Below are positions 25,484-34,525 of a stretch of 64,000 bases of DNA, piece after piece. Every line of letters starts with the position of its first letter. Position 1 is the first letter of the stretch. The translations under genes and the position numbers were made by a program. The stretch covers positions 21,204-85,203 of the forward strand of contig JAXMAA010000002.1 in assembly GCA_046350615.1 (NCBI GenBank), given 5' to 3'. The stretch is from Candidatus Saccharimonadales bacterium. Its GTDB lineage: Bacteria > Patescibacteriota > Saccharimonadia > Saccharimonadales > UBA7683. The notes below the pieces were generated by a model. It had not been told where the DNA came from. It did not search any database and saw only the letters and a list, made by a program, of their open reading frames with translations.

Positions 25484-27778
25484 GTGATGAGAAATACAAG
25501 AACTATTCTTAGGGGTGGCGCAGCGGCCTTATGCGCGCTCCTGTTGGTAAATTTTTTACATAACAACAACGTCTATGCTGCTGCGCCACCAGTAGTGATT
25601 AATGAGATAATGTATAATCCAGCCTCTGACGTTGACGGTGATGAGTTCTTAGAAATTTATAACACTACCTCAGGAGATATTGATCTTACAGGCTGGTGTT
25701 TTACAGCGGGTATTACCCTTTGCTTTAACCCAGGGACCACCTTGGCTCCGCATGATTATGGGGTAGTAAGCCCCGATGCCACCAGAACGCTTGCAACTTA
25801 TGGAAAAACCACCATCGGTACGTATACAGGAAAACTTGATAATGGTGGCGAAAGGGTGACGCTCTCCAACGGTGTCCCAGAAGTTGTGAGTAGTGTTCGC
25901 TACGATGACGTTGCGCCATGGCCAACAACTCCAGATGGCACGGGTCCATCCTTAGAACTTAAGGATCCTGAGCTTGATAGCGAGCTTGCTGTGTCGTGGG
26001 GGGCCAGTGTTGGCGGCCCGACTCCGGGGGTGGTTAATAGCATATTCGGCATGGGGTTGCCTGAAATGAGCGATGTGAGCATGCCCCAGAACGTAACACC
26101 CACAACCTCGCCATTTGTTACGGCAAATGTAGATGATGCTTCTTCGGTTTCGCTGGTGTACAGAAAGATGTTTGATCTAGAGCAAACCATTGAGATGTTT
26201 GATGACGGGAACCATGAAGACGGAGATGCGCTAGACGGTATCTACGGAGCAAGTATACCGGCTCAGGCTGCTGGGACGTTGGTTCGATTTAAAATTTCTG
26301 CTACCAACGATGATGGCACCAAGGAAAAGCCCGGCTCTGAAGACACCATTAACTATTATGGTTACGTAGTGCAAGATGACTCAATCGAAACACAGTTGCC
26401 AATGCTGCAGTGGTTTATGCCAGATGCGGAATATACAGATATGGTTGAGAACCATGATTTTGATGATCAGCAATTTGACTGCGTGATCGCCTACGGTAAT
26501 ACCGTTATCGACGGCGCAAAAATCTGGGTAAAGGGAGGGGTTGATCGTAATTTTGATAAAAAAAGTTTTGCCATAGATCTACCAAAAGGTCATAAACTGA
26601 CAGTACCAAGTGTGTTAGAACGTCCAGTTGATGAATTTCACCTAGATGCTGATTACATGGACGCAACGCGCTCCATAGTCCCTGTTGCCTGGAAAATAGC
26701 GGCCCAACTTGGTATGGACGTGCCGCAAGTTTTCAAGGTGCGGCTACAGAAGAACGCTCAGTTTCACGGTGTGTTTACCTTTTTAGAAGAGTACGACAAG
26801 TCGTGGCGCGAAGCATTTAAGTATGACACTGGCAATTTTTACAAAGCCAATGCCCTTAAGGCTGGTCCTGTCACAGATCCGATTGACGAAATCGATATTT
26901 GGCGGCGGTCTTTAGTCATTACAAAAAGTGCTGCCCGCCGCCAGTATGCGGTTGATAATTCTGATGTGCCGAACATGATCAATTACATGGCATTTCAAGC
27001 TCTCATGCACAACTGCGAGTGGCACAATGGTAAAAACATGATGAAGTACCATGATGTGGTTGGATCAAATCGCTGGAAGGTTTTACCACAAGATCTCGAT
27101 TGTTCGATGGTGTCTGGTGATGCTGCAACCTTAACAACGCCCTACGATAACAGCGATGGCAGGGTCGATCGTTATCAGTTCACAGCATTGTACGATGAGC
27201 CAGATTTTCGCCAAATGTATTATCGCCGGCTACGCACATTAGTAGACACCTACTTTAGTACCGATCTATACCTAACCATGCTTGACCAGGAGATGGATGC
27301 AATGGGCAATGATGTCTACCAAGATGTAAATAAGTGGGGCGCTTGGAGCGGTGTTGACGATGCCCGGCAAAATACTACTAAAATCTACCAAAGAGTGAAG
27401 CGCAACCTTCTAGTTCGTTACCGCGCTGCGTGGGCTGTTCCAGCCGAGCAGGCTGCGCATCCGGTGGTTGATATCAATACAGTTACACCCAGCCCGCTCA
27501 ATCAAGACGAAGAGCATATCGTACTCAAAAACAATACCAGCGAAGCCATTGATATGAGCGGGTGGAAGCTAGCAGAGATCAACTATACACTACCACCCGG
27601 ATCTGTGATAGCTGCCGGCCACACGGCTACGTTAGTAAAAAATGATCTCGCCTTCAAAACCGCGCATCCGGGTCCGTACATTGTGGGCCAATACAAAAAC
27701 TCCCTCTCCACCAACACCAGTGGCAAGCTGACCCTTCTTCGAGCAGATACTAGCCAATCCGGAGTTTTATGGTACTGA
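25484..27778 (+). CDS. secreted CotH kinase family protein flanked by lamin-tail domains (LTD-CotH-LTD)
   Basis: A signal peptide is present. N-terminal LTD VVINEIMYNPASDVDGDEFLEIYN, a central CotH-like region (..FHLDADYMDATR..FHGVFTFLEEYDKSW..), and a C-terminal LTD (..EEHIVLKNNTSEAIDMSGWKL..). Confidence 0.8.
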   Translation: MMRNTRTILRGGAAALCALLLVNFLHNNNVYAAAPPVVINEIMYNPASDVDGDEFLEIYNTTSGDIDLTGWCFTAGITLCFNPGTTLAPHDYGVVSPDATRTLATYGKTTIGTYTGKLDNGGERVTLSNGVPEVVSSVRYDDVAPWPTTPDGTGPSLELKDPELDSELAVSWGASVGGPTPGVVNSIFGMGLPEMSDVSMPQNVTPTTSPFVTANVDDASSVSLVYRKMFDLEQTIEMFDDGNHEDGDALDGIYGASIPAQAAGTLVRFKISATNDDGTKEKPGSEDTINYYGYVVQDDSIETQLPMLQWFMPDAEYTDMVENHDFDDQQFDCVIAYGNTVIDGAKIWVKGGVDRNFDKKSFAIDLPKGHKLTVPSVLERPVDEFHLDADYMDATRSIVPVAWKIAAQLGMDVPQVFKVRLQKNAQFHGVFTFLEEYDKSWREAFKYDTGNFYKANALKAGPVTDPIDEIDIWRRSLVITKSAARRQYAVDNSDVPNMINYMAFQALMHNCEWHNGKNMMKYHDVVGSNRWKVLPQDLDCSMVSGDAATLTTPYDNSDGRVDRYQFTALYDEPDFRQMYYRRLRTLVDTYFSTDLYLTMLDQEMDAMGNDVYQDVNKWGAWSGVDDARQNTTKIYQRVKRNLLVRYRAAWAVPAEQAAHPVVDINTVTPSPLNQDEEHIVLKNNTSEAIDMSGWKLAEINYTLPPGSVIAAGHTATLVKNDLAFKTAHPGPYIVGQYKNSLSTNTSGKLTLLRADTSQSGVLWY

Positions 27779-27827
27779 CATCATTGAAAAACATAAGCCG
27801 ATTATGCTACACTAAAACCCATAATAA

Positions 27828-30800
27828 GTGGGTAGCATGCTAAAGATACACAAAAAGACGAAGATCAAACTCATCGGGCTAGTCAGTGCCATTTTGCTTG
27901 CGTTCGGGTTGGCTAGTCAGCCTCAGTCTGCTAGTGCGCTTACGCTACCGCTTGCGGCCACGCCAATTGTAGTGAATACGGTGAGTGATACGGGCGATCT
28001 ATCTGGCGGCTCCGGAGCCTGCGATACTGGCGCAACAGTGGTGCTGCCCGATACTTCGGTAGTAGCCGCCTGCTCTTTACGAGCCGCAATTCAAACGGCC
28101 AATTCAAATGGCAATCCCTCCGAGCAAGATAGAATCGAATTTGATATTCCAGGTGCTGGTCTAAAAACCATCACCCAAGGAACCATTTCTTACTATATAA
28201 CCCAGCCAATACTAATTGATGGCTATACGCAGAGTGACGCCAGCCCAAATACCACGCCGTGGCCCCAGCCCATGGATGCCGTGCTACGCGTTGAGATTGA
28301 CGCAAACGCGGTAACCGATTCTTTTGGAAGCCTTGCGATTGGCTCGAACAACATCACCATAAAAGGACTCATCGTTAGAAATTCCAATGTTTCGGCTGTC
28401 CAGGGCCTGGGTTCAAGCGTAGATGATATCACTATACAGGGTAACTACTTTGGCACCGATGACTCGGGTATGCTTTATGACTCCGTACAGGCGGGCATTG
28501 GTCTTAACGCTGGCTTTAATCGTCTAACCGTTGGCGGCCCCAATCCCGAAGATAGGAATATTATTGCAGCGATCAATCGGGGACTTATTGGCATCGGTGA
28601 CAACTCGATTATACAGGGCAACTTCTTTGGTGTTGGTGCTGACGGAGTTACCGCCTTTCAATCTGGCTCAGCTGTTAGCGGTGCTGCCGAAACAATCTCT
28701 ATTACAGGTGCTAATGCAATGATAGGGGGCGCGAGTAGTGAGCTTGGGAATAGTATAGAAAATAATCAATCATATCCTGGTCTCATTCTTGCTGGCACAG
28801 TAAATGGTAAGGTGTTGGGTAATCGGATAGTGGGCAATAATAAAGGCATAGCTGTTCTCGATAACTCTTCAGGCCTAGAGATTGGTGATGGTACTGCCGC
28901 AGGCCGTAATATCATTTCTGGTAACGATGTGTTAAGTGATTTCGCGACACCTGCTTACGGATCGGGCATTGAAATTACAAATGCTAGTGGTCCAATCAAG
29001 ATACAGGGCAATTATATTGGCGTAGCGGAAGACGGCGCTTCCATACTGCCCAATGGGGCTGATGGTGTCAGTATTTCCGATTCAACGGACGTACTGATCG
29101 GTGGCACTCAAGCGGGAGAAGCTAACATCATTGCCAACAACCAACAAAACGGTGTCACAATAGTTGGAAATTCCGCAAACATTACAACGCTTAGTAATGC
29201 AATCTATGGAAACACCCAGCTAGGCATTGATCTTCTTGCTGATCCATTTGGTACTTATGGTGTACCAACAGAAAACGATCCACTTGACCCCGATACTGGG
29301 CCTAATGATCATCTAAACTACCCAACACTACTGCCTCCAACTACTTCCGGTGGTAATACCAACATAGGCTATCGTCTTGATGTCCCGGCTGGAACCTATA
29401 GAATCGAATTCTATAGTAATACTACTGCTGATCCAAGTGGCCATGGTGAAGGTGAATCATACATCGGCTCCGATACTGTGGTTTCAAATGGCGCAGGGGT
29501 GCAGCTGTTTAATACCGCTTTTGCCGGCACGAGTTTCTCAAATATATCCGCCACCGCAACACGTGTTGATCCGGATAGCTCAACAGGATACGGCCCAACC
29601 AGCGAATTTAGCGGGCCTCCTCAGTATGAGTCCGATATTGAGGTAACCAAATCAATCGTAGATCAAAATACGCTAACCACAAATGGCACCATTGATTACA
29701 CAGTCACCTTTAAGAACAATGGCCCAGATCCCATCGATCTTACGCAGTATACAGCCGATGCCGGCAATCCACTTAACACGGCAATATTTAATGATATATT
29801 CCCCGCTAATCTTAGCCTTACTTCTGTTACCGGGGACGATATTGATTGTAGCGAACAAAACAATGCGAGTTCGTTCGGTAGTTTATTTAGTAGTCATACT
29901 GCCTTTGTGGTTGCCTCATGTGGCTATACAGGTTCAAATACCTCGTTTGCTTCTGGCCAAGAACTGAGCTTTACACTTCACTTTACCAACAATGATTCAC
30001 AGCAAAACGTGTTCAGTAATTACATCCTGAGCGTACCAGGGAGAGCCGGTGATGACGGATATGCTGAGTATCAGCAGGCTCAGGGTAGCGGTAACGATAT
30101 TCTTAATACTCTCGGTACCTCAATCAATAATCTTGATGTAGCTACTACAACAAAGCCAAATACCGATGTCGGCTTAACCAAATCGTTAAACAACCCCGAA
30201 GATATTGCTCCTGGCGCAACTCTTAACTATACCGTGAGCTTTACAAATCATGGCCCCGATCCACTAGCGCTTGCCCAGTATGCAACACCCTTCGCGACCT
30301 ACCCAATGATTATAGATCTTGTTAACCCTGATCTTACGCCGGTAAGCAATGGCACGCCTGGCCCTGGTTTTCTACCTGGCAGCTACTACGTTAATTCCGG
30401 TGACCCCAATCTCACGTGTTTATGGGCCGGTCCGGCAACTGCCCAGATGCTCATGACGTTAAGTACCAATAATGACTACGGGCTGCTCGCATGCTGGTAT
30501 ACAGGAGCCACCCGCTATTTGGCGGATGATGCGTCTGTCACCGCAAGCTTCTCTTTTACCCTTGACGGTACTTCTAATTTAGATTTTGCCAACTATGTCT
30601 ACACAGCACCACCTTCTCTGTCTCAAGACCCTGATGAGGCTACGTTCAGCAGTAGTCTTTCGGGCGCTCCAGATGGGTTGGAGGCCGCTAAAAACATGAA
30701 TCCACAAGTTAACAACTTCGCCACCTCATATCCCCCCACAGACATAGACCTCACCGCAAGCCTCGTCCAACCCACTACCATCCAACCAGGCAATACAATC

Positions 30801-31424
30801 TACTACGACATCACGCTCACCAACCATGGCCCAGCCGCCTACAATACTGCAAACTACAGCAGTCTCAGCAATAGCATCATCGGCGGTGCCTTTGATGCCA
30901 GCCTACTTTCACCCATCGGCCCACAGAACCCCGGCATCACCTGTACAGGTGCTGGCCCAGGCAGTATTGCCTACTGGGGGGCTGCCGGCTCAAACCACCC
31001 CAATCACGAAGTATTCCTCTGTTTTAACACTGGCTCCGGAGAAGTCATCGCTCCAGGTAGCTCATTAACCCTCCGTGTTGGCTTCACCGTACTAGCTGCA
31101 CCAACAGACCAACTCTCTTTGTACGTAATCAACGGCACAGCACCCGGAGACCCTGATCTCCCAAGTTTCCTAAATGAGTTCTACACGGCCACAAGCGATG
31201 TACTCGATACAATTACAAGTGATAACTTCGCTCGAGTCCTATACACCGTCCATACCAGTGGAGGAGGCACAGGCTCAACTGGCACCACCAACACCAACTC
31301 AAACAGCCTCTTAAGCGCAACCGGACAAAACCGGCTCATAGTCATCGCCATAGCTGTGATGCTGGTGGGGTGTGGGGGAGGGGTGGTGGTGACTCTTAAA
31401 AAGCGAACTCAAAAACAGATGTAG
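27828..31424 (+). CDS. giant surface protein: parallel beta-helix repeats + DUF11 repeats + C-terminal sorting-signal-like tail
   Basis: 1198 aa with a signal peptide. CSLRAAIQTAN is the opening motif of beta-helix adhesin-like proteins. Repeated ..YTVTFKNNGPDP../..YTVSFTNHGPDP../..ITLTNHGPAA.. units are DUF11-like. The C-terminus has LSATG, a TM helix and KKRTQKQM. ATG 27837 is an alternative start. Confidence 0.7.
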   Translation: MGSMLKIHKKTKIKLIGLVSAILLAFGLASQPQSASALTLPLAATPIVVNTVSDTGDLSGGSGACDTGATVVLPDTSVVAACSLRAAIQTANSNGNPSEQDRIEFDIPGAGLKTITQGTISYYITQPILIDGYTQSDASPNTTPWPQPMDAVLRVEIDANAVTDSFGSLAIGSNNITIKGLIVRNSNVSAVQGLGSSVDDITIQGNYFGTDDSGMLYDSVQAGIGLNAGFNRLTVGGPNPEDRNIIAAINRGLIGIGDNSIIQGNFFGVGADGVTAFQSGSAVSGAAETISITGANAMIGGASSELGNSIENNQSYPGLILAGTVNGKVLGNRIVGNNKGIAVLDNSSGLEIGDGTAAGRNIISGNDVLSDFATPAYGSGIEITNASGPIKIQGNYIGVAEDGASILPNGADGVSISDSTDVLIGGTQAGEANIIANNQQNGVTIVGNSANITTLSNAIYGNTQLGIDLLADPFGTYGVPTENDPLDPDTGPNDHLNYPTLLPPTTSGGNTNIGYRLDVPAGTYRIEFYSNTTADPSGHGEGESYIGSDTVVSNGAGVQLFNTAFAGTSFSNISATATRVDPDSSTGYGPTSEFSGPPQYESDIEVTKSIVDQNTLTTNGTIDYTVTFKNNGPDPIDLTQYTADAGNPLNTAIFNDIFPANLSLTSVTGDDIDCSEQNNASSFGSLFSSHTAFVVASCGYTGSNTSFASGQELSFTLHFTNNDSQQNVFSNYILSVPGRAGDDGYAEYQQAQGSGNDILNTLGTSINNLDVATTTKPNTDVGLTKSLNNPEDIAPGATLNYTVSFTNHGPDPLALAQYATPFATYPMIIDLVNPDLTPVSNGTPGPGFLPGSYYVNSGDPNLTCLWAGPATAQMLMTLSTNNDYGLLACWYTGATRYLADDASVTASFSFTLDGTSNLDFANYVYTAPPSLSQDPDEATFSSSLSGAPDGLEAAKNMNPQVNNFATSYPPTDIDLTASLVQPTTIQPGNTIYYDITLTNHGPAAYNTANYSSLSNSIIGGAFDASLLSPIGPQNPGITCTGAGPGSIAYWGAAGSNHPNHEVFLCFNTGSGEVIAPGSSLTLRVGFTVLAAPTDQLSLYVINGTAPGDPDLPSFLNEFYTATSDVLDTITSDNFARVLYTVHTSGGGTGSTGTTNTNSNSLLSATGQNRLIVIAIAVMLVGCGGGVVVTLKKRTQKQM

Positions 31425-31425
31425 T

Positions 31426-31872
31426 CTAGATAAGGGATTTAAGGTCTGCAATAACTTGCTCGCCGTGACCTAGCGGTGTCACACGCCCGTAGGTTTTAAC
31501 AACCTTGCCTTCGGGGTTGATCAAAAAGGTTTTGCGCTGGATACCGAGCTTGCCAAACATTTTTGGCCCCCAAGCACCATACGCCTCAATCGTTTTACCT
31601 GTTGGGTCTGAGAGTAGCGTAAAGTTCAGTTTATGCTTAGCCTTAAATTTGCGGTGGCTCTCTTCGTCATCTTTACTTACGCCAACCACTTGTGCGCCAA
31701 GATCGATCAGTTCATCATATGCGTCACGTAAACTGCAAGCCTCAACCGTACAGCCTGGTGTGTCATCCTTTGGGTAAAAATAGAGAACTAGCCACAAACC
31801 TGCAAAGTCCCCTAAGGTTTTGGTGTTCCCGTCTTGATCGGTGAGTGAAAAATCAGGTGCCTTCATACCCAA
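31426..31872 (-). CDS. bcp: thioredoxin-dependent peroxiredoxin Bcp
   Basis: 148 aa with active-site motif DDTPGCTVEAC. Confidence 0.9.
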   Translation of the reverse strand: MGMKAPDFSLTDQDGNTKTLGDFAGLWLVLYFYPKDDTPGCTVEACSLRDAYDELIDLGAQVVGVSKDDEESHRKFKAKHKLNFTLLSDPTGKTIEAYGAWGPKMFGKLGIQRKTFLINPEGKVVKTYGRVTPLGHGEQVIADLKSLI

Positions 31873-31926
31873 TAGTATATCACCAACATCTTTTCAATAA
31901 GACAATGTCCCAGCAATCTCCATCCG

Positions 31927-31960
31927 TATCATAAAACTCACGATCGTGAGTTTTATGATA
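31927..31960. promoter_or_regulatory. perfect 34-nt palindrome (terminator and/or operator)
   Basis: TATCATAAAACTCACGA|TCGTGAGTTTTATGATA lies between the folC stop and the bcp start. Confidence 0.5.
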
Positions 31961-32006
31961 CTATTCACATCTGAAGATATTGGATATTTGTGTATGGGTG
32001 GGTGAT

Positions 32007-33230
32007 CTAAAACGAGCTGTCGATTTGGCCAAGCAAATAGAATGAGCCGGTAATGACAATAGGCTCAGGGAACTGACTGGCGGCTAGCAGGGCCTCGTGA
32101 GGCGTGTTTGCTGTGCTCACTTCAATGCCGAGCTCTTGACCATACTGTGCGATCACTTCTTTCTCAAGTGGGGTTACCGGGATGTCTTGCTGCTTTGTCA
32201 GATACTCTGTTGCCACGATTCGCTGTGCAACTGGTTTTAAGATTTTCAGGCAGGTGATGATGTCTTTTCTGGCTCCAACACCAAGAACAAAGGTTGCGGG
32301 CGCAATGTCTTCACGCCTTAGTCTGTGCGCCATCGCTGCGAGCTTCTGTGGGTTGTGTGCACCGTCCATGATTGCAAGGTGATCTTTAAAGTGCCGTTTC
32401 TCAAACCTGCCGGGAATAAAAACGTGCTCCAACGTTGTTTTGGCAAGCGCCTCATCAAACCGCCAGCTATCTCGGTCGGCAAGATACTGGCAGACGCGTA
32501 TTGCCATCGTGTCGTTGGTGATTTGATAATTGCCGGTTTGTTCAATCCAGTGAAGCTCGGCACTTACTGTCGCACAGCGTGCTTCAAAAACCGCGTTTAC
32601 TTCCGGTTCTTGGCGCAGTGCGAATACAGTATTGCCTGCCTGAATAATACCGGCTTTCTCGGCAGCGATTTTGGGCAGTGTCTCACCAAGAACGTTGGTA
32701 TGATCAAGCCCAATACGGTTGATGATGCAGATTTTATCTTTGCGGTTGATGACATTGGTGGCATCAAGCCGACCGCCAAAACCAGTTTCAATAATTTGAT
32801 AATCCAACTGTGAGCGCCCAAACTCGCAGTACGCCACAGCAATTAGTGTCTCAAAGTATGAGGTTTGTATATCACCACTTCGGAGCGTTTGTAGTACATG
32901 GTTGAGTACTTCCACAAATCGTTTCTCGCTTATCAGTTGTCCGTTCTTCTGAATACGTTCTCGAATATCGTAGACGTGCGGGCTTTGAGTCATACCAGTT
33001 CGCTTGGTATGCGCTCGAAGCAGCGCATCAATCAGATAGCAGATTGTTCCTTTGCCGCTCGTACCTGCTACATGTATGGCTTTATGCCGCTCCTGCGGAT
33101 TGCCAAGCAGCTCCATGGCTCTTACATTGCGCTTCAGGGCAGCACCGTCATCAAACACCCGCCTACTTGTTTTGGGTATCTCGTGAATGAGGTGGTGTAC
33201 AGCTTTTTGATAATTAGTAAATGGTTTCAT
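32007..33230 (-). CDS. folC: folylpolyglutamate synthase/dihydrofolate synthase (Mur ligase family)
   Basis: P-loop HVAGTSGKGT and the overall FolC layout, at 407 aa. Confidence 0.8.
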   Translation of the reverse strand: MKPFTNYQKAVHHLIHEIPKTSRRVFDDGAALKRNVRAMELLGNPQERHKAIHVAGTSGKGTICYLIDALLRAHTKRTGMTQSPHVYDIRERIQKNGQLISEKRFVEVLNHVLQTLRSGDIQTSYFETLIAVAYCEFGRSQLDYQIIETGFGGRLDATNVINRKDKICIINRIGLDHTNVLGETLPKIAAEKAGIIQAGNTVFALRQEPEVNAVFEARCATVSAELHWIEQTGNYQITNDTMAIRVCQYLADRDSWRFDEALAKTTLEHVFIPGRFEKRHFKDHLAIMDGAHNPQKLAAMAHRLRREDIAPATFVLGVGARKDIITCLKILKPVAQRIVATEYLTKQQDIPVTPLEKEVIAQYGQELGIEVSTANTPHEALLAASQFPEPIVITGSFYLLGQIDSSF

Positions 33231-33282
33231 GGTGTTTCTACTCTATGCTAGTATACCTCTTTAGGCTACACTACAGAGTGAA

Positions 33283-33777
33283 ATGATGTATTTCGTTGGA
33301 GCATTTACGCAAAATTACGCAATGGGCAAAGATGGCCACTTGCCCTGGCGCGATACGCCAATGAAGCATGATACTGCACGACTCAAACAGCTCATTACAG
33401 GTAAAGCCTTGGTTATGGGTGAGCGTACCTACCATGATTACAAAGATATTGGTAAGACCTTCCAAACTAAAAATGTATGGGTACTCTCTAAAAACAAAAA
33501 ATCACTTCAAGGGGCAAAAATTCACAGCAGTGTACAGGAAGTTATTGCACTGGCTAAGCACCAGGATATCTGGGTGATAGGCGGCGGCCAGATTTTTAAA
33601 GCCCTGCTACCATACGCCGACGTCATGTACTTAACAAGAGTAGAGACCGTGCTACCAGGCGATACATTCTTCCCGCAGTATAGTGAGTCTGAGTGGGATG
33701 TTACCGAACAACACTTTTTGGCAGATGAAGACAACCCCTACCCGTACACATTTATCGAGCTTCGCAGAAAGCACTAA
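33283..33777 (+). CDS. folA: dihydrofolate reductase
   Basis: ..MGKDGHLPW.., ..LVMGERTY.. and ..VIGGGQIF.. motifs, at 164 aa. It is divergent from folC. Confidence 0.85.
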   Translation: MMYFVGAFTQNYAMGKDGHLPWRDTPMKHDTARLKQLITGKALVMGERTYHDYKDIGKTFQTKNVWVLSKNKKSLQGAKIHSSVQEVIALAKHQDIWVIGGGQIFKALLPYADVMYLTRVETVLPGDTFFPQYSESEWDVTEQHFLADEDNPYPYTFIELRRKH

Positions 33778-33808
33778 ACTCCGCCTCATGATCTGATATA
33801 GTACATAC

Positions 33809-34525
33809 ATGAACTATCTCCAATTACGGAAAGATTTTGAGAATATTCTTCAGTCGTACCAAGCGAGCGAAGCCTCCCAGCAGGTGCTCAAACAGTCGAA
33901 GATTGCTTTATTTGATGGTCCGAGTGCTAGCGGCCGCAACACAATCACTGTTGAACTCGTAAAGACGGGTCGGTATCACCAGATCGTCTCTGATACAACA
34001 AGACTGCCCCGAACAAACAATGGTATTACTGAACAGGATGGCGTCGAGTACTGGTTTAAAACCGAAAGAGAGTTTCTTGAAGGTCTTGAGAAGGGTCTGT
34101 ACATCGAAGCAGCAATTATACATAATCAACAAGTTTCTGGAGTGAGTGTGGCAGAAGTTGAACGCGCACATGCCAGCGGCAAGATCGCAATAACTGATAT
34201 TCAATCCGACGGTGTAGAATCGTTCCTGCGCTACAATGCAGATCCAGCTTGCTTCTTCATTGTACCGCCAAGCCTGACCGTATGGCTATCTCGGCTCCAA
34301 GCTCGCGGCGCACTGGGAGAAGACGAGAGGCGTCGGCGGCTACAAAGTGCAGCCAGCGAAATTGAGCATGCGCTTCAAAATGATTACTACCACATTGTCG
34401 TTAACGATGATTTGCAGCTAGCGGTTCAGACAATCGATGCATTCTGCCAAAAGCAACTTCCGACTTCAGAAGGGGATCGAGCTGTTGCTGAGACACTCCT
34501 TGGAGATATCAGGAAAATACTCTAA
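33809..34525 (+). CDS. guanylate kinase family protein
   Basis: P-loop GPSASGRNT, ..SDTTRLPR..DGVEYWF.. and ..ITDIQSDG.. fit the guanylate kinase pattern. It has N- and C-terminal extensions. Confidence 0.6.
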   Translation: MNYLQLRKDFENILQSYQASEASQQVLKQSKIALFDGPSASGRNTITVELVKTGRYHQIVSDTTRLPRTNNGITEQDGVEYWFKTEREFLEGLEKGLYIEAAIIHNQQVSGVSVAEVERAHASGKIAITDIQSDGVESFLRYNADPACFFIVPPSLTVWLSRLQARGALGEDERRRRLQSAASEIEHALQNDYYHIVVNDDLQLAVQTIDAFCQKQLPTSEGDRAVAETLLGDIRKIL

